A stretch of DNA of 61,132 bases, the filler included, from Sphacelaria rigidula (lineage: Eukaryota): assembly GCA_964200075.2 (NCBI GenBank). It is 10 parts of 10 records of this genome, joined end to end, with 100 filler letters (N's around TTAATTAATTAA, not from the genome) between each part and the next. Parts side by side here need not be neighbours in the genome. Positions count along the whole stretch, not along the records: positions 24,495 to 30,517 come from CAXNAA020022732.1; positions 30,618 to 36,640 come from CAXNAA020022733.1; positions 36,741 to 42,763 come from CAXNAA020022734.1; 7 more parts are not named here. The stretch is one strand, 5' to 3'. Below are positions 24,949 through 37,980 of this stretch, in pieces. Every line of letters begins with the position of its first letter. The first letter of the stretch is position 1. Under the pieces are notes generated by a model that was given only the letters and a program-made list of their open reading frames with translations, did not search any database and was not told the DNA's origin. The translations under genes were made by a program, and so were the position numbers.

Positions 24949-25108
24949 CTCCGCTTTGCTGTTTGCTAGTAGGCTCTAGTAAAACCCACGAACCCACCGG
25001 TGCGCTTGCTTCCGTGCTGTATGCAGCTAACGGTAGCTTTATGCTACCCACGCTCTGATCTCCAAGATGCACACGATAGTCGTACACTTCTTCCATGCGC
25101 TCCTGCCT
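24949..25108 (-). CDS. Probable exon encoding the C-terminal half of a C2 domain
   Basis: EVYDYRVHLGDQSVGSIKLPLAAY...SWVLLEP fits the C2 pattern EV[YW]D...D..[IV]G...[IL]PL...W..L; gccag acceptor, GAG|gtacgg donor. Confidence 0.55.
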
Positions 25109-28084
25109 CTGGCGAGTGATCAGGCCACCAAACCACCCCATGCTCAGTCTCAATAACAATCCACGTTTTACTGTGGAACTGTCTACTGTACGAGCGTTGT
25201 TACAGATTGTCGTTATCCGTGGGTGTCCCAGTAGAGATCAATGTTATCTGCCTGTTCAAGAGAGGAGGCAGCTTGCTTGGGGGCCTGCGATGTAGCTGTG
25301 GTGGTTGTGGAGGCAATTTTTACAATTCCGAGGTACAGAGCATTCTTGCAGATGCTTACCTGCCGATCCATTGAGTTCAGCACAAGTGCTTACCCGTAAA
25401 TTCTTGAATGAAAAAAACAAGTCTGAGATTAATAACTACGGAATTCTCAACAGATGTCGCGCTCTGTATGGCGAATAAAGGTACAGCCTGCGTGGCACTC
25501 CCTGTCCCTTGCCCCCCCCGCCCCCCCGGGCGTTTCTCGGCGAAACAGGGTCTTTGTAACCATGACTCATGAATATTGTAGGAAAGAGATCCCTTGGCCC
25601 AGAAAAACCTCAAGTCCCTTCGTTGCAGAAGACTCCCTGCCTCAGACCCACTTTTTTGGCAACGAATCTCGATTTTTTTTGGGACCCCGATTTGGACTCA
25701 CATTCGCGGACTCAAAATCGGGGTGACCGTTTTATGGTACAGACAGTACAACAGTATCACAGATTTGTGAGACGGTTCTGTACACAGACGGTCACTTTCT
25801 GCATGAGTGTGGTACTGCGTACTCGTGCATGAAGCCGAAGAGTAGGCAGGCGGTAAACAATCCTGCGAGTACACTGTCGTACCTTGGTACCCTACTGTAG
25901 GGTAAAACAGTGCAGGACACCACATCAGTACACTACATGATGCCGTGTGGTGGTACATGATTGCACAGCCGGTATTGCGAGAAGAGAGAACAAACAGTGC
26001 GCGAGCAGAGTTCAGTAGTGCAGTGCCGTACATCACCCTCAAACTACAGCGACAATAGCTGGGAGAGTATAGTAGCGTTCGTTATGGTGATACATGTGGC
26101 AGCGCAGCGCAGCATAAAATATGACCATCGCCGCAGGGTACTTACTGTACGGCGTCAGCACTTATTATCTGTATGCCGAACCCCGTACGAAGTTGCTTCA
26201 GCAGCTGGGGCGGGCAGTGGGGACGCCCTGTGCTGTCACGAGACTGTCTTCTGTTGCCGTTGTAAAAATATCAAACGCTTTGTATTCTAGCAATGCACGT
26301 CAATGCACGTACGTTACCTCAAAAAAACCGGGGGGAGTCACGACCTCGGAACGATTTCCCCCGCTTTTTCGAGAAGATCGGGGGAAACCGTTCTGATATC
26401 GTGACTCCCCGATTTTTGCGCCACCGATTTTTGCGCCACCGAGTCGTTTCAGTTCCGAAATGCCCCTCCACGAGGCCCGATATGCTTTCTGCGGTAGCTT
26501 CCCACTGCTGCCCTTGATATCCCTGAGTAGGATATCGACGTGTAGCTATGAGCACACGCTAGTAATGGAGGCAAAGAAAAGCACACCCGGTTTATAAAAT
26601 AGCTGGGTTAAAGCGAATTACCGATGCCCCTCTCAATCAGCGCTCTACTCTCAATATCACGAAACGTTGTTTACTAATTTAAAAAATGAGTACCTCATCC
26701 GACATCACCTACCATATGAATCACTTTCGATTGAGCGTTCTGGGCTCTGACCCCGATCTGACCCCAGCCCGGTTTCGACCGTACAGATAAAAAACGGGTC
26801 GTCATTCACCCCAATCGCACAAAGTTTTCAATTCTTCGAACACTATCTCACGACTCACGAACACGGTAACACGGCAAATATAACGTCGTTGTATTGATAA
26901 TGACTCTGTCTAAACGCCACAACAATCTGTTTCTCTTTAGGGTACAGTTCGTAGTGTCACGAGACTTGAGACTGAACCACTAAATTGGACAGCTTTACCA
27001 AACACGATTTAGCCACATGCCCTGCGGACTTTAAAGTATTAGATTATTTACAACGTGTCCCTCCTTCTGACACACGATTCGTTCATTTGCGCCACTCGTC
27101 GCCTACACTTTGATAGCTAACTGGCAGATACCCAAACGGTCAAATACGGCTAGGCTGCAAGGTGTGCGATTTGTAGGGGAAAATATTGACCAAATTGACC
27201 GATCAAGACAATCGAAATGGTCACTACTCCCCTCCCTTCAAGCTTGGTGCCCAACTCGGAATTCCCTTTTGGAGATTTCGAAACACGTATGGTTCACTCT
27301 GTAAGCTCATGAGTTGATCTGAGAACAGACACCTCCTCACATCGAACAAACCACGTTCCTGCCTCCTGGAAACTCCCAAATGTGTCTGGACCGCCAACCG
27401 ATGAAAGTGTCTCTGACACGAAGCTCCCAGCCCAAGGGTTAGTGTCACCTTTCGATAAACGCTATTCACGTCACCCACCTTTTCGCGACTTCAGGTAGAA
27501 ATTGGGACCTTCTTTGATTGATTGATCGACTCACTGTGTGTGGTACACCAAGTGATGCCCGAGGGATGTGCCCACGTGTCTATGTATTTAACCATCGTCA
27601 TTATCCACAACGTAATCCACAAGGATGTGTCCATGTATTCAGCCATCGTCATGATCCACAAGGTAGACGTGTACCCCCAGTGTCATACAGCAAAACGGAA
27701 ACACTCGCTGAATGAGAATCAAGAAAACCGAAACATACAACAGACAAGAGTATAGAGCTACTGTACCGACAAAACAAATTAAAGTTAACGAAAGCAGTCA
27801 GTTACGCTTCAGGGCAGCGGGTCAATGACAGCACCGGATGTGGTTTGTTTCGATTTTCCATATTTGTTTGGTGCAGCCGTCGAATGTCGTAAGTCAGGCC
27901 CCGACACGCTTAAAAAAATATTAACATGCAGTCCTGAAATAAACCAAGGAAACACATGGTGTCTTAAATTTTGTGGGAAAGCAGGACCAGAACTATAAGT
28001 CAATATCCGTTAAATAATATTCATAGTCGACACATTCCGGATTTTTCGAATTTTCGAACCCCAAAGGCCGTGTCTATGAAAAAA

Positions 28085-30479
28085 ATATATGATAAAAGAA
28101 GCCGTTTTCTGTTCAACCGCTTTTCAACATTTTTTTTCAAGTAGCCCTTCTTACGTCATGCGAACGTTAGCAAAATCAGAAAAGCAGTTCTCGTTGTCTT
28201 CTACAAGACGTTTGGGGATTTTTTTCAAATCTGGGGCGCGTGAGAGAGACAGCGCTCTGCTCTTGTGTCGTGGTATACGGCCCATACTGTACTGTACTAT
28301 ACATCTTGACTGACCGGTACATGGTGCTCGGCACGATGCATAACTCTCAATATGCGCACCGCCTCGCTGCACTTACCGACAGTAGAACTGACGGTTATAC
28401 CTCTTCACTGCACGGTACTGGTACTCAACTGTCTGTATGGACAGCACGGACAACAGCACAGACAGTGCTGCATTGCATAAATTGACTGCAGTACTACGGT
28501 ATCAGCATTACGTTGTCTTGTGTGTACAGTACGGTCGTGTCTCCACTAGAATTGGGTGCATGGAGAGTAATCTGTACTGCATTGCGACTGCTGGTGCTAC
28601 CACGCTGCATGCACAGAGTTCAACTACATTACAGTACTGCGTGGAGTGAATAACTGTCCGCTGCACGGCACTCGTACGAGTAGTACTTCACTGCACAGAC
28701 AGCACGGACAATGCCGTAATGGATGTATTGACTGTAGGACTACGGTATCAACACTACGCCGTCGTGCATGTACAGTACAGCCGTGTCTCTACCAGACTTG
28801 GGTGCATGAAGAGTAATCTGTACTGCATTGCGACTGCTGGTGGCAGCACGCTGCATGCACAGAGCCAAACTGCGATACGACTTTACTGTTGTAGTGTATA
28901 CGGAGCGCATAATCGTTTCGATTGCATTCGTCATCGACCCCGCCCTCTCTTCTTCTCATGGGGTAAAGGGCCGCCACGCTTCTGGCGGGTGAAGACAAGG
29001 TAGCAACACGCTGACCGACCGCGAGCAACAGCAGCGGCAACAGTGATGGCAGCCAAGCCAGCATCGGTGCATTTGTGGGGTGAAAAAGGATGTGGCATTG
29101 ATGAGCAGCGGGATTCCAAACGCTTTTTTAACAGCATTTTTTGATAGCCCAGAACTATCAGAAAATGAGGATTTTCTGATAACTTTGGGCTATCAAAAAA
29201 TGTCACCAGAAAAAAATCTATGAAAAAATGCGTGTTCTGATCGCATAAGAAGTGGGTTCTTGGTCGTTTACCAGCAAACGCATTTTTTTATAGAGTTTTT
29301 TTTTGCATGAGAAGTTGAAGGCGTGTCTTGGGCTACTTTTGATGTATAAAAAAACACGCTATCAGAAAAGTCGTTTTTCAACAGATTTTAAGAAGTAGCC
29401 CTTCTTACGTGATCGATGTACTATCAACATTGAAAACGCGGTGTTCATCGTTTTCTATGAGGTGTGCAGGCATAATTTCAAATTCTGGGGCGCGCGAGAG
29501 AGACGCAGCACTCTGCTGTCCTGTCGTAGTGTACGGTCTGTACTGACTGTACTACTGTGATACATTGCCTGAGCAATACATGGTGGACTGCTTGACGCAA
29601 GATCACCAATAGGAACACCGCCTTGCTGTACCAACTGACTGTAGAAGTGACGGTTGTGTTTTTTCACTGCACGGTAATACTTGACTGAAAGCACAGCACG
29701 GACAACAGTACCCACAACAGCTGTATCGCATACATTGGCTGTAGTACTACAACAGTAGCGCTATTCAAAGTCTTGTGTGTACTGTCAGTACGGTCCTGTA
29801 TCTACAAGGCTTGGGTACGTAGGCAGCCTATACTGCAGAGCGACGTATGTTCGCAACACGCTGCATGCACAGACCTGAGCTGAGCTGCAATTTCGCTGCA
29901 CTGTTGTAGCACTCGGTTGTACGGGCAGCACAGACAACAGTACAGGTACAGACACTACTGCTGTGTTGTAGGTGTTGGATGTACTACAGTAGTAGCACTA
30001 CCCATCTCATAGGCTTGTGTGTACTGCCAGTCCGGTCCTGTCTCTACAAGGCTTGGGTGCGTGCTGTTCGCAACACGCTGCGTGCACAGACATGAAGTAA
30101 GGTACAATATTGTACGGACGAGCACAGACTGTCCTGTCTGTACAGCAGTCATCATCGACCCTGCCCTCTGCTGTTCTCATGGGGTGAAGGGCCACCACTC
30201 TACTGGCGAGCGAAGGACAATGATGCAACACGCTGAATGCCCGCGAGCACCAGCGACAGCAGTAGTAGTGATGGCAGCCAAGCCATCACAGGTGCTATCG
30301 TGGGCTGTAAGGTGTTTAAACGAGGTTCAAACGCTTTTTCGATACCATTTTTCGATAGCTCGAGGTTATCGGATAATCCTGTTTTCCTGATAACTTCAAC
30401 TTTGGGCTATCAGAAGATGTCATCAGAAAAAGTTTCATCAGAATATCAGAAAACGCGTTTTCTGATATTGAATTTTTTT
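28085..30479. repeat. Two diverged tandem ~1.25-kb units, each with two ~245-bp subrepeats and a distal hairpin
   Basis: AGTAGCCCTTCTTACGT at ~28140 and ~29393; TCATCGACCC at ~28931 and ~30152; hairpins at ~29136-29203 and ~30346-30420. Confidence 0.8.
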
Positions 30480-30517
30480 CATACGTCGGACGAGCCATCA
30501 CTCGTCGAGACGAGTGC
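30480..30517. mobile_element. Left end of hAT-like MITE (family of 59991-60239)
   Basis: CATACGTCGGACGAG...ACTCGTCGARACGAGTGC shared with the contig-10 copy. Confidence 0.7.
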
Positions 30518-32346
30518 NNNNNNNNNNNNNNNNNNNNNNNNNNNNNNNNNNNNNNNNNNNNTTAATTAATTAANNNNNNNNNNNNNNNNNNNNNNNNNNN
30601 NNNNNNNNNNNNNNNNNGGTGTCTTTCCGTGTTCGTCGCGGGCTGTGGGGGGGGGGGGGGGGGGGGGGCGGGGGGGGGGGGGGTGGGGGTGTGGGGGTTG
30701 TTATCGCGCGTGGGGGTATTTTTTTTCCTGGGGCAATATCACGTCATCCCCTGTTTATTTTGCACCTGGTACAAATGATGTGCGGAACACATACAGGTGG
30801 TGGCCTGATCAAGAACCGCGTTATTCGCATTCTTCCTGAAGCGCGCTTATATTCCCGATATTTTGGAGAGAGCCTAAATTTCCGAACAGAGGAAGTAAAA
30901 GGAAGCTCCCGCTCCCAAGCAGCGGATTATCACTAAAACATGCTGGCGAGGTGGCCAAGATAGCTGCTTCTAGCAGCATGCACACGCAAATACATACACA
31001 CACACCAAGGCAAATCCTTTTTTATCAGGAGAAAAACGCAATCGAAAGGATTTGCTTTCCCCGCACGATATTGGCTGCTGGCTTTCTCTCTCTTGCGATG
31101 AACCTCCCCCCTACCCAACTAACCTTTGTTGTAGGATTGCCGTGTACATCCAGAGTGCAAATACCTCCAATTGCTCTGTTACCGCTCAGGCTCCCTCCGC
31201 GGTTTTGGCGGGATATTAGGCCGAACTAATATTGTGGACACGTCAATAACGGCGGGTGGGCAGGGCGCAGGGGGTGGGTGATAGTTTAAGAGGCGGACAT
31301 CTCGCGGAGCTTGTCTACTGCGAGCACGGTTGATGAAGAGATGACCCCAACGATTCACGAAGATGTGGCGAGGACAAGCGGCTTGTGGTGAATGCTGTGG
31401 CATAGGGAAGTGCGGTACATGGGACTAGGGAAGGTGTTGTCGAGTTCGGGGCTCGAATATCTGATTGTGTGATGTGCTTCATGATGATGGGGTGATGGAT
31501 ATGCACAGTACATCGAGATCACGCAAAAAATAAAACCTGTGAACCGAAGGAGTCAAAGCTCAACAAATACGCCCTGCGGTTTAGCAATAGCGAGGTAGCA
31601 TTTTGATTAATTGAGTTAATCCACTAGCTGACACGCGGCCGTGATCACAAGATTCGTCCACTTGATACATAGGTGGATACCGAAAACACTTAGTGGGGGG
31701 AAACTGGAGAAAAACATCAAAGGGGAAAAGTCACACAAAGTAAACCGACAGAGGCGTCAGCCCATGGTGATGTTCTCAATTTATTCCACTGTGCGAACTG
31801 GTGGCAGTGATGCGGTTGCGCACAGTTTCAAGCGAGATGCAAGCGTTTAAAGAAAACACACGGACAACCACCACACACACACACACATACACACACCGCA
31901 CGCCTCCATCATTTGCAACGTAAACAATGGCTCGCGCAAAGATAACTCTATTATCACGTTAACCGGTCATCCAACATTCTGTCCACGCCTCCATCATTTA
32001 CACATGTGCTCGTTTGCTAATGCCCGACGTACGGGGGTTCAATTCAAGCACCCGGCGTACATGTGTTGTTGTCTGCTTCTTCGCTCGCAACGCCGATTTT
32101 GGGCGTTAACTGGCGAAAGGGACCTTCTACGCTTCCCTGAAAAAATACATGCTTTGGTAGAACATTGTCGAGCTCTTCACAGGGCCACCTATTCCACTTC
32201 TTAAATCCATGGCATTAAAGGCAATTTTGTACCCTCACACACTTTCCCCCTCCCTCTCCCCTTTGCCTTCGGGCCGCGTCTGTTGTCTCAAGCAATCAAC
32301 GCAGCCTCCGTCAGTACCTGTCTTGCACTTCTTTCATCCAACAATA

Positions 32347-32747
32347 CAAGGTTGTGTTCTGTAGGGTATGCGATTCTTTACAGATCTTACAGAACTTGTC
32401 GGGTACGGTACGGAAGGCTTACAGAAAACCCTATCGGCAATCGGGTATTTCTCTAAGGGCATACCCGCGCTCCGGGTACGGGCATACATTATGTACAGAA
32501 CTATTAGAACTGTCGGGCAGGGTATGCTGGCTGCACAGAAAACCGTACCCGCAACCGGGTACCTTATTAAGAGCATACCTGTGTCCCCGGGAACGGTACG
32601 GGAGTCTTACAGAACTCACAGAACTATCAGGTAAGTGTATAAAGGTCTTACAGACTTTACAGAGCTGTCGGGTACCAGTATGACAATGTCGAGGACGGTA
32701 AATACCCCGGGTATATAGAAATGTGTACCCTACAGAACTCAACCTTG
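32347..32747. mobile_element. 401-bp MITE with 22-bp TIRs and internal ACAGAACT/CGGGTA repeats (hAT-like architecture)
   Basis: CAAGGTTGTGTTCTGTAGGGTA ... TACCCTACAGAACTCAACCTTG (1 mismatch); no TSD visible. Confidence 0.8.
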
Positions 32748-33142
32748 ACTGTCATCGAAATGTTTAGTCAACGTTCGTTTTGTAATGCCCAAGGACGACG
32801 GACTCCAGAAAACTGGGTAATTTACACTCAACGTGACATGGCGGTTAATTTTTTTTCGCGGACAGATTCGAGGCAAAGCGAAATGTATTCGAGGATGACC
32901 TTTCGATGACGTGAAAATATCACTCTCAAGACAAGAAGAGCCACTTGGATACATGCGATACTCCTTCACCCCCCCCCCCCCCCCCCCCCGCCGGGCCCCG
33001 GCAGGGGCGAACCCCGCGCGCCCCCTGCCCCCCCCCCGCGGGGGGGGGGGNNNNNNNNNNTGGAAAATAACCCGCACAAAGACAAAAGAGCCGACGGGGT
33101 ACATGCAGTGCTCCTTGCACCCCCCCCCCCCCCCACCAGGTA

Positions 33143-33236
33143 GAGCCTGGTCCGGCGAAAACCCGGCGTGCTTCGTCCCGGCTTTGTAGGGATGCGAGGC
33201 CAATGGTCTTATGACTCATGCATGATCATCCCCCCC
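33143..33236 (+). mobile_element. 5'-truncated LINE family B copy with C-run and 15-bp TSD
   Basis: CCCCCCCACCAGGTA at 33128-33142 and 33230-33244. Confidence 0.9.
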
Positions 33237-33275
33237 ACCAGGTACACGCACAAACGCCACGCAAACACATATCAC

Positions 33276-33419
33276 CCTCTTGCCCGGTGTCCTCGACTCC
33301 GGAGTGCGCGTACCGTTGGCCTCGTTCGATAGATCCTGACCCAGACTCACACTCAAATCAGGCTCGTTCCAGTCGTTTTTGGGTCGCTTGGTGTTTCTAG
33401 GCGTTCGTGGATCCGCCAT
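33276..33419 (-). CDS. Possible first coding exon of an unknown protein (MADPRTPRNTKRPK...RTPGKR)
   Basis: AACATGG start context, 48 open codons, AGG|gtgata donor; three RTP motifs. Confidence 0.45.
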
Positions 33420-36400
33420 GTTGAGCAAGTACTGTACACGTGCAAGGTCGGTACAAACACACAAGACACACAGACACAAACAGATACGAAGGAAAATCAG
33501 TCACGACAACGACGACATTTGTTACTGCTGTTGGCTGTGATGGGGCACGTCCTGCTCAAGTTTCATTTTGCACGACGTTCCGTTTCGCGCTTTGTCCACT
33601 TCTGCGGTTTGTCGCACTGTGCTTGTACTTGCCGCGAGTACAGAGAGCCATGTCATGCAACAGCAACACGAGACATCACGCACGCAGAGGCGTGTGATCA
33701 CGCGGGTGAGCCCCTAGACGAAGACGAAATTGCTTCGGCTGAGTACGAGTACACGATTACTGCAAATACCTAAATGCCCGGGGTGCCCGGTTATCGAGAT
33801 CGGCATCATGATCACTTGCTCAATGAATAATACCAGGCATGGTTGCCTATCTGTCCGCGCTCACAGAGGTAAGCACCGCGCTCCGGCGTGGGGCAAGGTA
33901 CACCGTGTAACATTATTCGTTATCGCAATCCCCGATATCATATTCCAACGTGGGGACTTGCTCAATACACAAGAGTCTGCACGGTCGACGGAGCATGTCT
34001 GTCAACTGATCTCAACCATGATGGATGGTAGATGATAGATATTTTCAACGATACAGCGATCGGTGGGTGGATTCCTCAACACCAGGGACTCGACATGAAG
34101 AAGGGAAGGGGAGAGGGTTTAGAAGTGAGAGTTTTGGAATAAAAAAAGCTGTCGTGTCACGGGCACCAGTGGTGTCGAGCAAGTTTCAGGGTCTTCATCC
34201 TATCTTGTTCATCGACATACGCCGACAGACGCTTCAAATGCGGCACGGCCGTCGCGAACATTTCAAAAAGTCGAGTGTGACATGTTTGTTTTTGATGAGG
34301 GGCAGTTATCAGGGGGTGTTATACCACATATACTTCGGGAGGCATGCTGTGAATTGAGGTACCATACTGTCGAGAACACACCCACGGTCAGTCAAGCAAT
34401 GCCAGTTTTGTCTTGGGCGATAGACAGGGAGGCTTGCAGAACACAGCAAGTGTACTTACTGTCTTCTAGGAGCTATCGCGAACTACAAGAGCTGCCACGG
34501 ACAATATGGAATGTATTGCACTGTGCAGTGCACCAGAGCACAGCGGTAGAGTATTATAGTGCAACTGACTGCATGCGATTTGGGAGCGTATGACACGACA
34601 TCATCATCATGTCGCCCTCAAGTTCGTCGACCATCGGAACTGGACTGTATGGTACAACGCTGTCTGTATTGGCTAAGCTGTCGTCAGAATACGCAGTACG
34701 ACCCCGCATTTGCATCTCCAGGAGCAGCCCAGCTATCGGCTATGATCATGGGCCTCCTGTTTGTATCCATCACGATACATCTTGCGAAATTGTCCGGTAC
34801 AACTTCGTAGTGTTGTATAAACTGTCCTGGAGCGTACCGCACTTTGCGGAACCCTTGCTCCAGATCCGCTTTCAAACTTTGTGATGGTGGGATACCATCT
34901 CCGTCCGGCTCGAAATCTCGGGTTTTTCGCTGTTCAGCACACGAACATGATTTATGCGAGCAGATTCAAGGGCTGCGTTATCTGCTTGACCTCTACATGT
35001 TGTACCTGCCAATTACATCCGGAATATACACATAGTGCATGATTGGTTTGACAAGATACTCCGCTGTTATACAAGCTATGGCCCTGTTCTACTAACTGGT
35101 AGGCATGCGGGTTGTGACCTCGTGTAAAACAAATCCAGGTGCCTGGCAATCAACCTTCAAATGGAAACAGTTTTCGAGGTGATGCTCCATTCTACTTACG
35201 GCTCTTATGTCATCGATACTGTAGTAAATTCAGCCGCAATCCCTCCTGTTGATACGAAGAATAAATGAGAGTGCTACTTATGAACTGACCTGTATGCAAC
35301 CCGATGCGGGCTGTAGCACCACAGGAGGGGTGGCCTGGGCAGAGTTTGTATACAACAGTAGTCTTGATTGCTGGTCGGCTTGATCAACGACACAGTATTT
35401 CGATTTCTTTTGTATTGCTACATTAGCTTGATTGTTCAGACTCGCATCAATACAAGAAGTTTCTAGAAAAGACAATCCGCGTTTTATAGCACATACACAC
35501 CGGTCAGGTGCAAGAATTCTTCACTGGAAACTATCAACCTGTGGCATACCTAAATGAATCGACGCGCGGAAACATACTTTCATGCCACCCCCCACCCCTC
35601 TCGCCATATATTGTACACACAGCCAGGGCCCTGATATTGATTTCAGAAAATAACTAAAAACGCGGTACATGCGGATATCGACTTGCGGCAGTTTAGCAAC
35701 ATTCCAATGTGCTTGGTTGTACAGAGCTACGTACGCGAGTGCGCAGCGGCATGGATGTGATGACTATGGGGGTGTTGGGTGCTGGGATGTTATCATCTTG
35801 TGCAATACGGGCAAGCGGAGACAGCGGGGACAACTGGGAGGCCTGGGCCAATGACAATTATGGTGTACTGTTCCTGCCTCTATCACTTGAACTCGACGAC
35901 GGCGTTTCAAGTGAGGGAGCGAAGCGAGCACTGTCAGGGACAGTATGCGTAATACAGCACAACTAAGTGCACATTATAGTAGAGTAGGTCTCCAACTGGA
36001 AATTGAGGTTGACTCTGCATCCCCAGATTGCCTATATTTCAAGTGCAACAACTAGGGTGCTTCATGCGAATGCTTACTGCATGGTATGTAGTACGCAGTT
36101 GTGCAGTATATCCAAACAGACCGGTACTCACGTTAAATAATCAACCAAAAGAGGTTAAAACTCTTTGGTGAAGGAGTACATGTGCTACATTTCATAACCC
36201 ATTGAGCACACGCAAATGGGCACTTGAGTCTGATTGTCGAAATTTTAAGTGAACATGATGCCGCAGATGACAAATCTGTAACTGTTCGCTATGAGGACCT
36301 CCGTAGGGGAACCTCCCAGGCCAGCCCCCCTCCCCCCCATGTGGCCTTTTTTAGATTTTGGAAGACCACCAGCGGTGTGAAGGGGAGGCCTCTGCACTAG

Positions 36401-36557
36401 CTGCGGCAGTCATGCACAGCACACAAACAAGTGAGCTAAGCTAGTCTTATATCCCTCTTGTAGAGTTCGACGCGATCTCCTGGTGACTCCAGGAATCGTC
36501 AAGCTTTTAGTAGCGGCAGCAAGGGTCTTTGTCGAGATTGTTTTGCCGGACACGGAG

Positions 36558-36590
<33 letters not shown>

Positions 36591-37889
36591 CGCGACACTT
36601 TCTCAACATTTCTTCAATCTTTTTTTTCTTTTTTGTCTTTNNNNNNNNNNNNNNNNNNNNNNNNNNNNNNNNNNNNNNNNNNNNTTAATTAATTAANNNN
36701 NNNNNNNNNNNNNNNNNNNNNNNNNNNNNNNNNNNNNNNNGTTGCAACCCAGGTACACACAGCCCAGACACGTGGAATGGTGCAAAAGTTGCGTGGATAC
36801 CCTTTGGACCAGCGATCAACTTTGATCTCCCTTTTGGGCTATCAGGCCGAAGAATTCGTGAATTTGGTGATTTTGAGTCGTGATAATTTGTTCTAACCGT
36901 GAAAAATTCACTCTAAAATCCCGCGGTCGCAGCTATGTGTAGGACATGCCGCGCGCAGCCAATCCGCACAGCGTGGACCTCTTGACCGTCAACATCATAA
37001 ACATCGCTCTCAGTAGTTTTCACATGTGCGAAGATGATGCTCATGGTCTCCAAATATCCGTCCTTTCTCGTTCAAGCACCATGTCAGGCACGCCTTTCAC
37101 TGCAGCTACGTTGGTGTGTGGCGGTTACCGCTGTTCGTGTTGTCTTGTTATCTTCGCAGTGGCGGTAAACGTGGGGTGGCAGGTCGGGGGCATGTACGTC
37201 CCGAGTAGTACAGTAGCTAGACACTGGTGCACCAGGAGTTTCTTCTCACTGATCTGGCGGGAGTTATCCGGAGGAGCATTATCATCTCAACATCGACCAC
37301 TCACAGGCTTCAAGATATATACCATGTTTGTGGTACATTTCATATGAGCCAGGTCGTTGTTTTCAGGTGGCGCGTGTATTTTTGATTGATATGATTCGAC
37401 CGATGACGGTCTAGTTCTGACGCATATAGCGCTCGCGATCCATTTTCCCGAAATATAGTACCCAAAATCGGCCTCCATTCCCACCCGTAACACTCAACGT
37501 GCCATCGCTGTCCACTGGGCACAACTTACTGCATGCTGCTGATGCCTCGGCTTAGTGTCCAACAACAACACTACAGTGTGAAGCTATGCTGGCAACACAC
37601 AGGGCATCAAACAGGCGGCACAGACCTCGAGCAGAGTACAACGCAAGTTATTTGAACCCATGTCATCTATGCTTGAACCGTCATGATCAAAATAAAATAT
37701 GCCGGTAGCCGGTAGACAGCGAGGTAGTTCACCTGTAGGGGAAACTACATGCTCATTTTGACGGCCGTGATTAGTCAGAATGATCATTCCGCACCTCTCA
37801 GGCCTCGTTCCCGGCTTAGAATCTTCCGCGGGAATCTTCCAAACATACATGGTTGACTTGGTGAGCTCTTCGGCGGCTCTGCGGACAGA

Positions 37890-37980
37890 CCCCCCCCCTC
37901 CCCCCAACAAAAAGCCACCTCCCCCTCCGGCCACTGGAAACCCCCGAATGTCTCCGGAAGGTCAGCCTGTGACACAGCTC
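37890..37980 (-). repeat. Unclassified G-rich interspersed repeat; second copy at ~48600-48690 (+)
   Basis: Shared GAGACAT....GGTTTCCAG.GG...GGGGAGGTGG.TTTT. Confidence 0.55.

Noticed and set aside
32910..33134. Local duplication either side of the 10-N gap
   Set aside because: Probably the same sequence read twice with errors around a poly-C tract; likely scaffolding artefact.
34560..35200. Coding-like stretch on the - strand, with faint similarity to ~45090-45530
   Set aside because: Multiple stops and no recognisable motif; the similarity is only a few residues.
37584..37934. Candidate downstream exons of the F-box-like gene
   Set aside because: Splice sites are plausible, but the peptide does not continue an F-box consensus and the two pieces are phase-incompatible.
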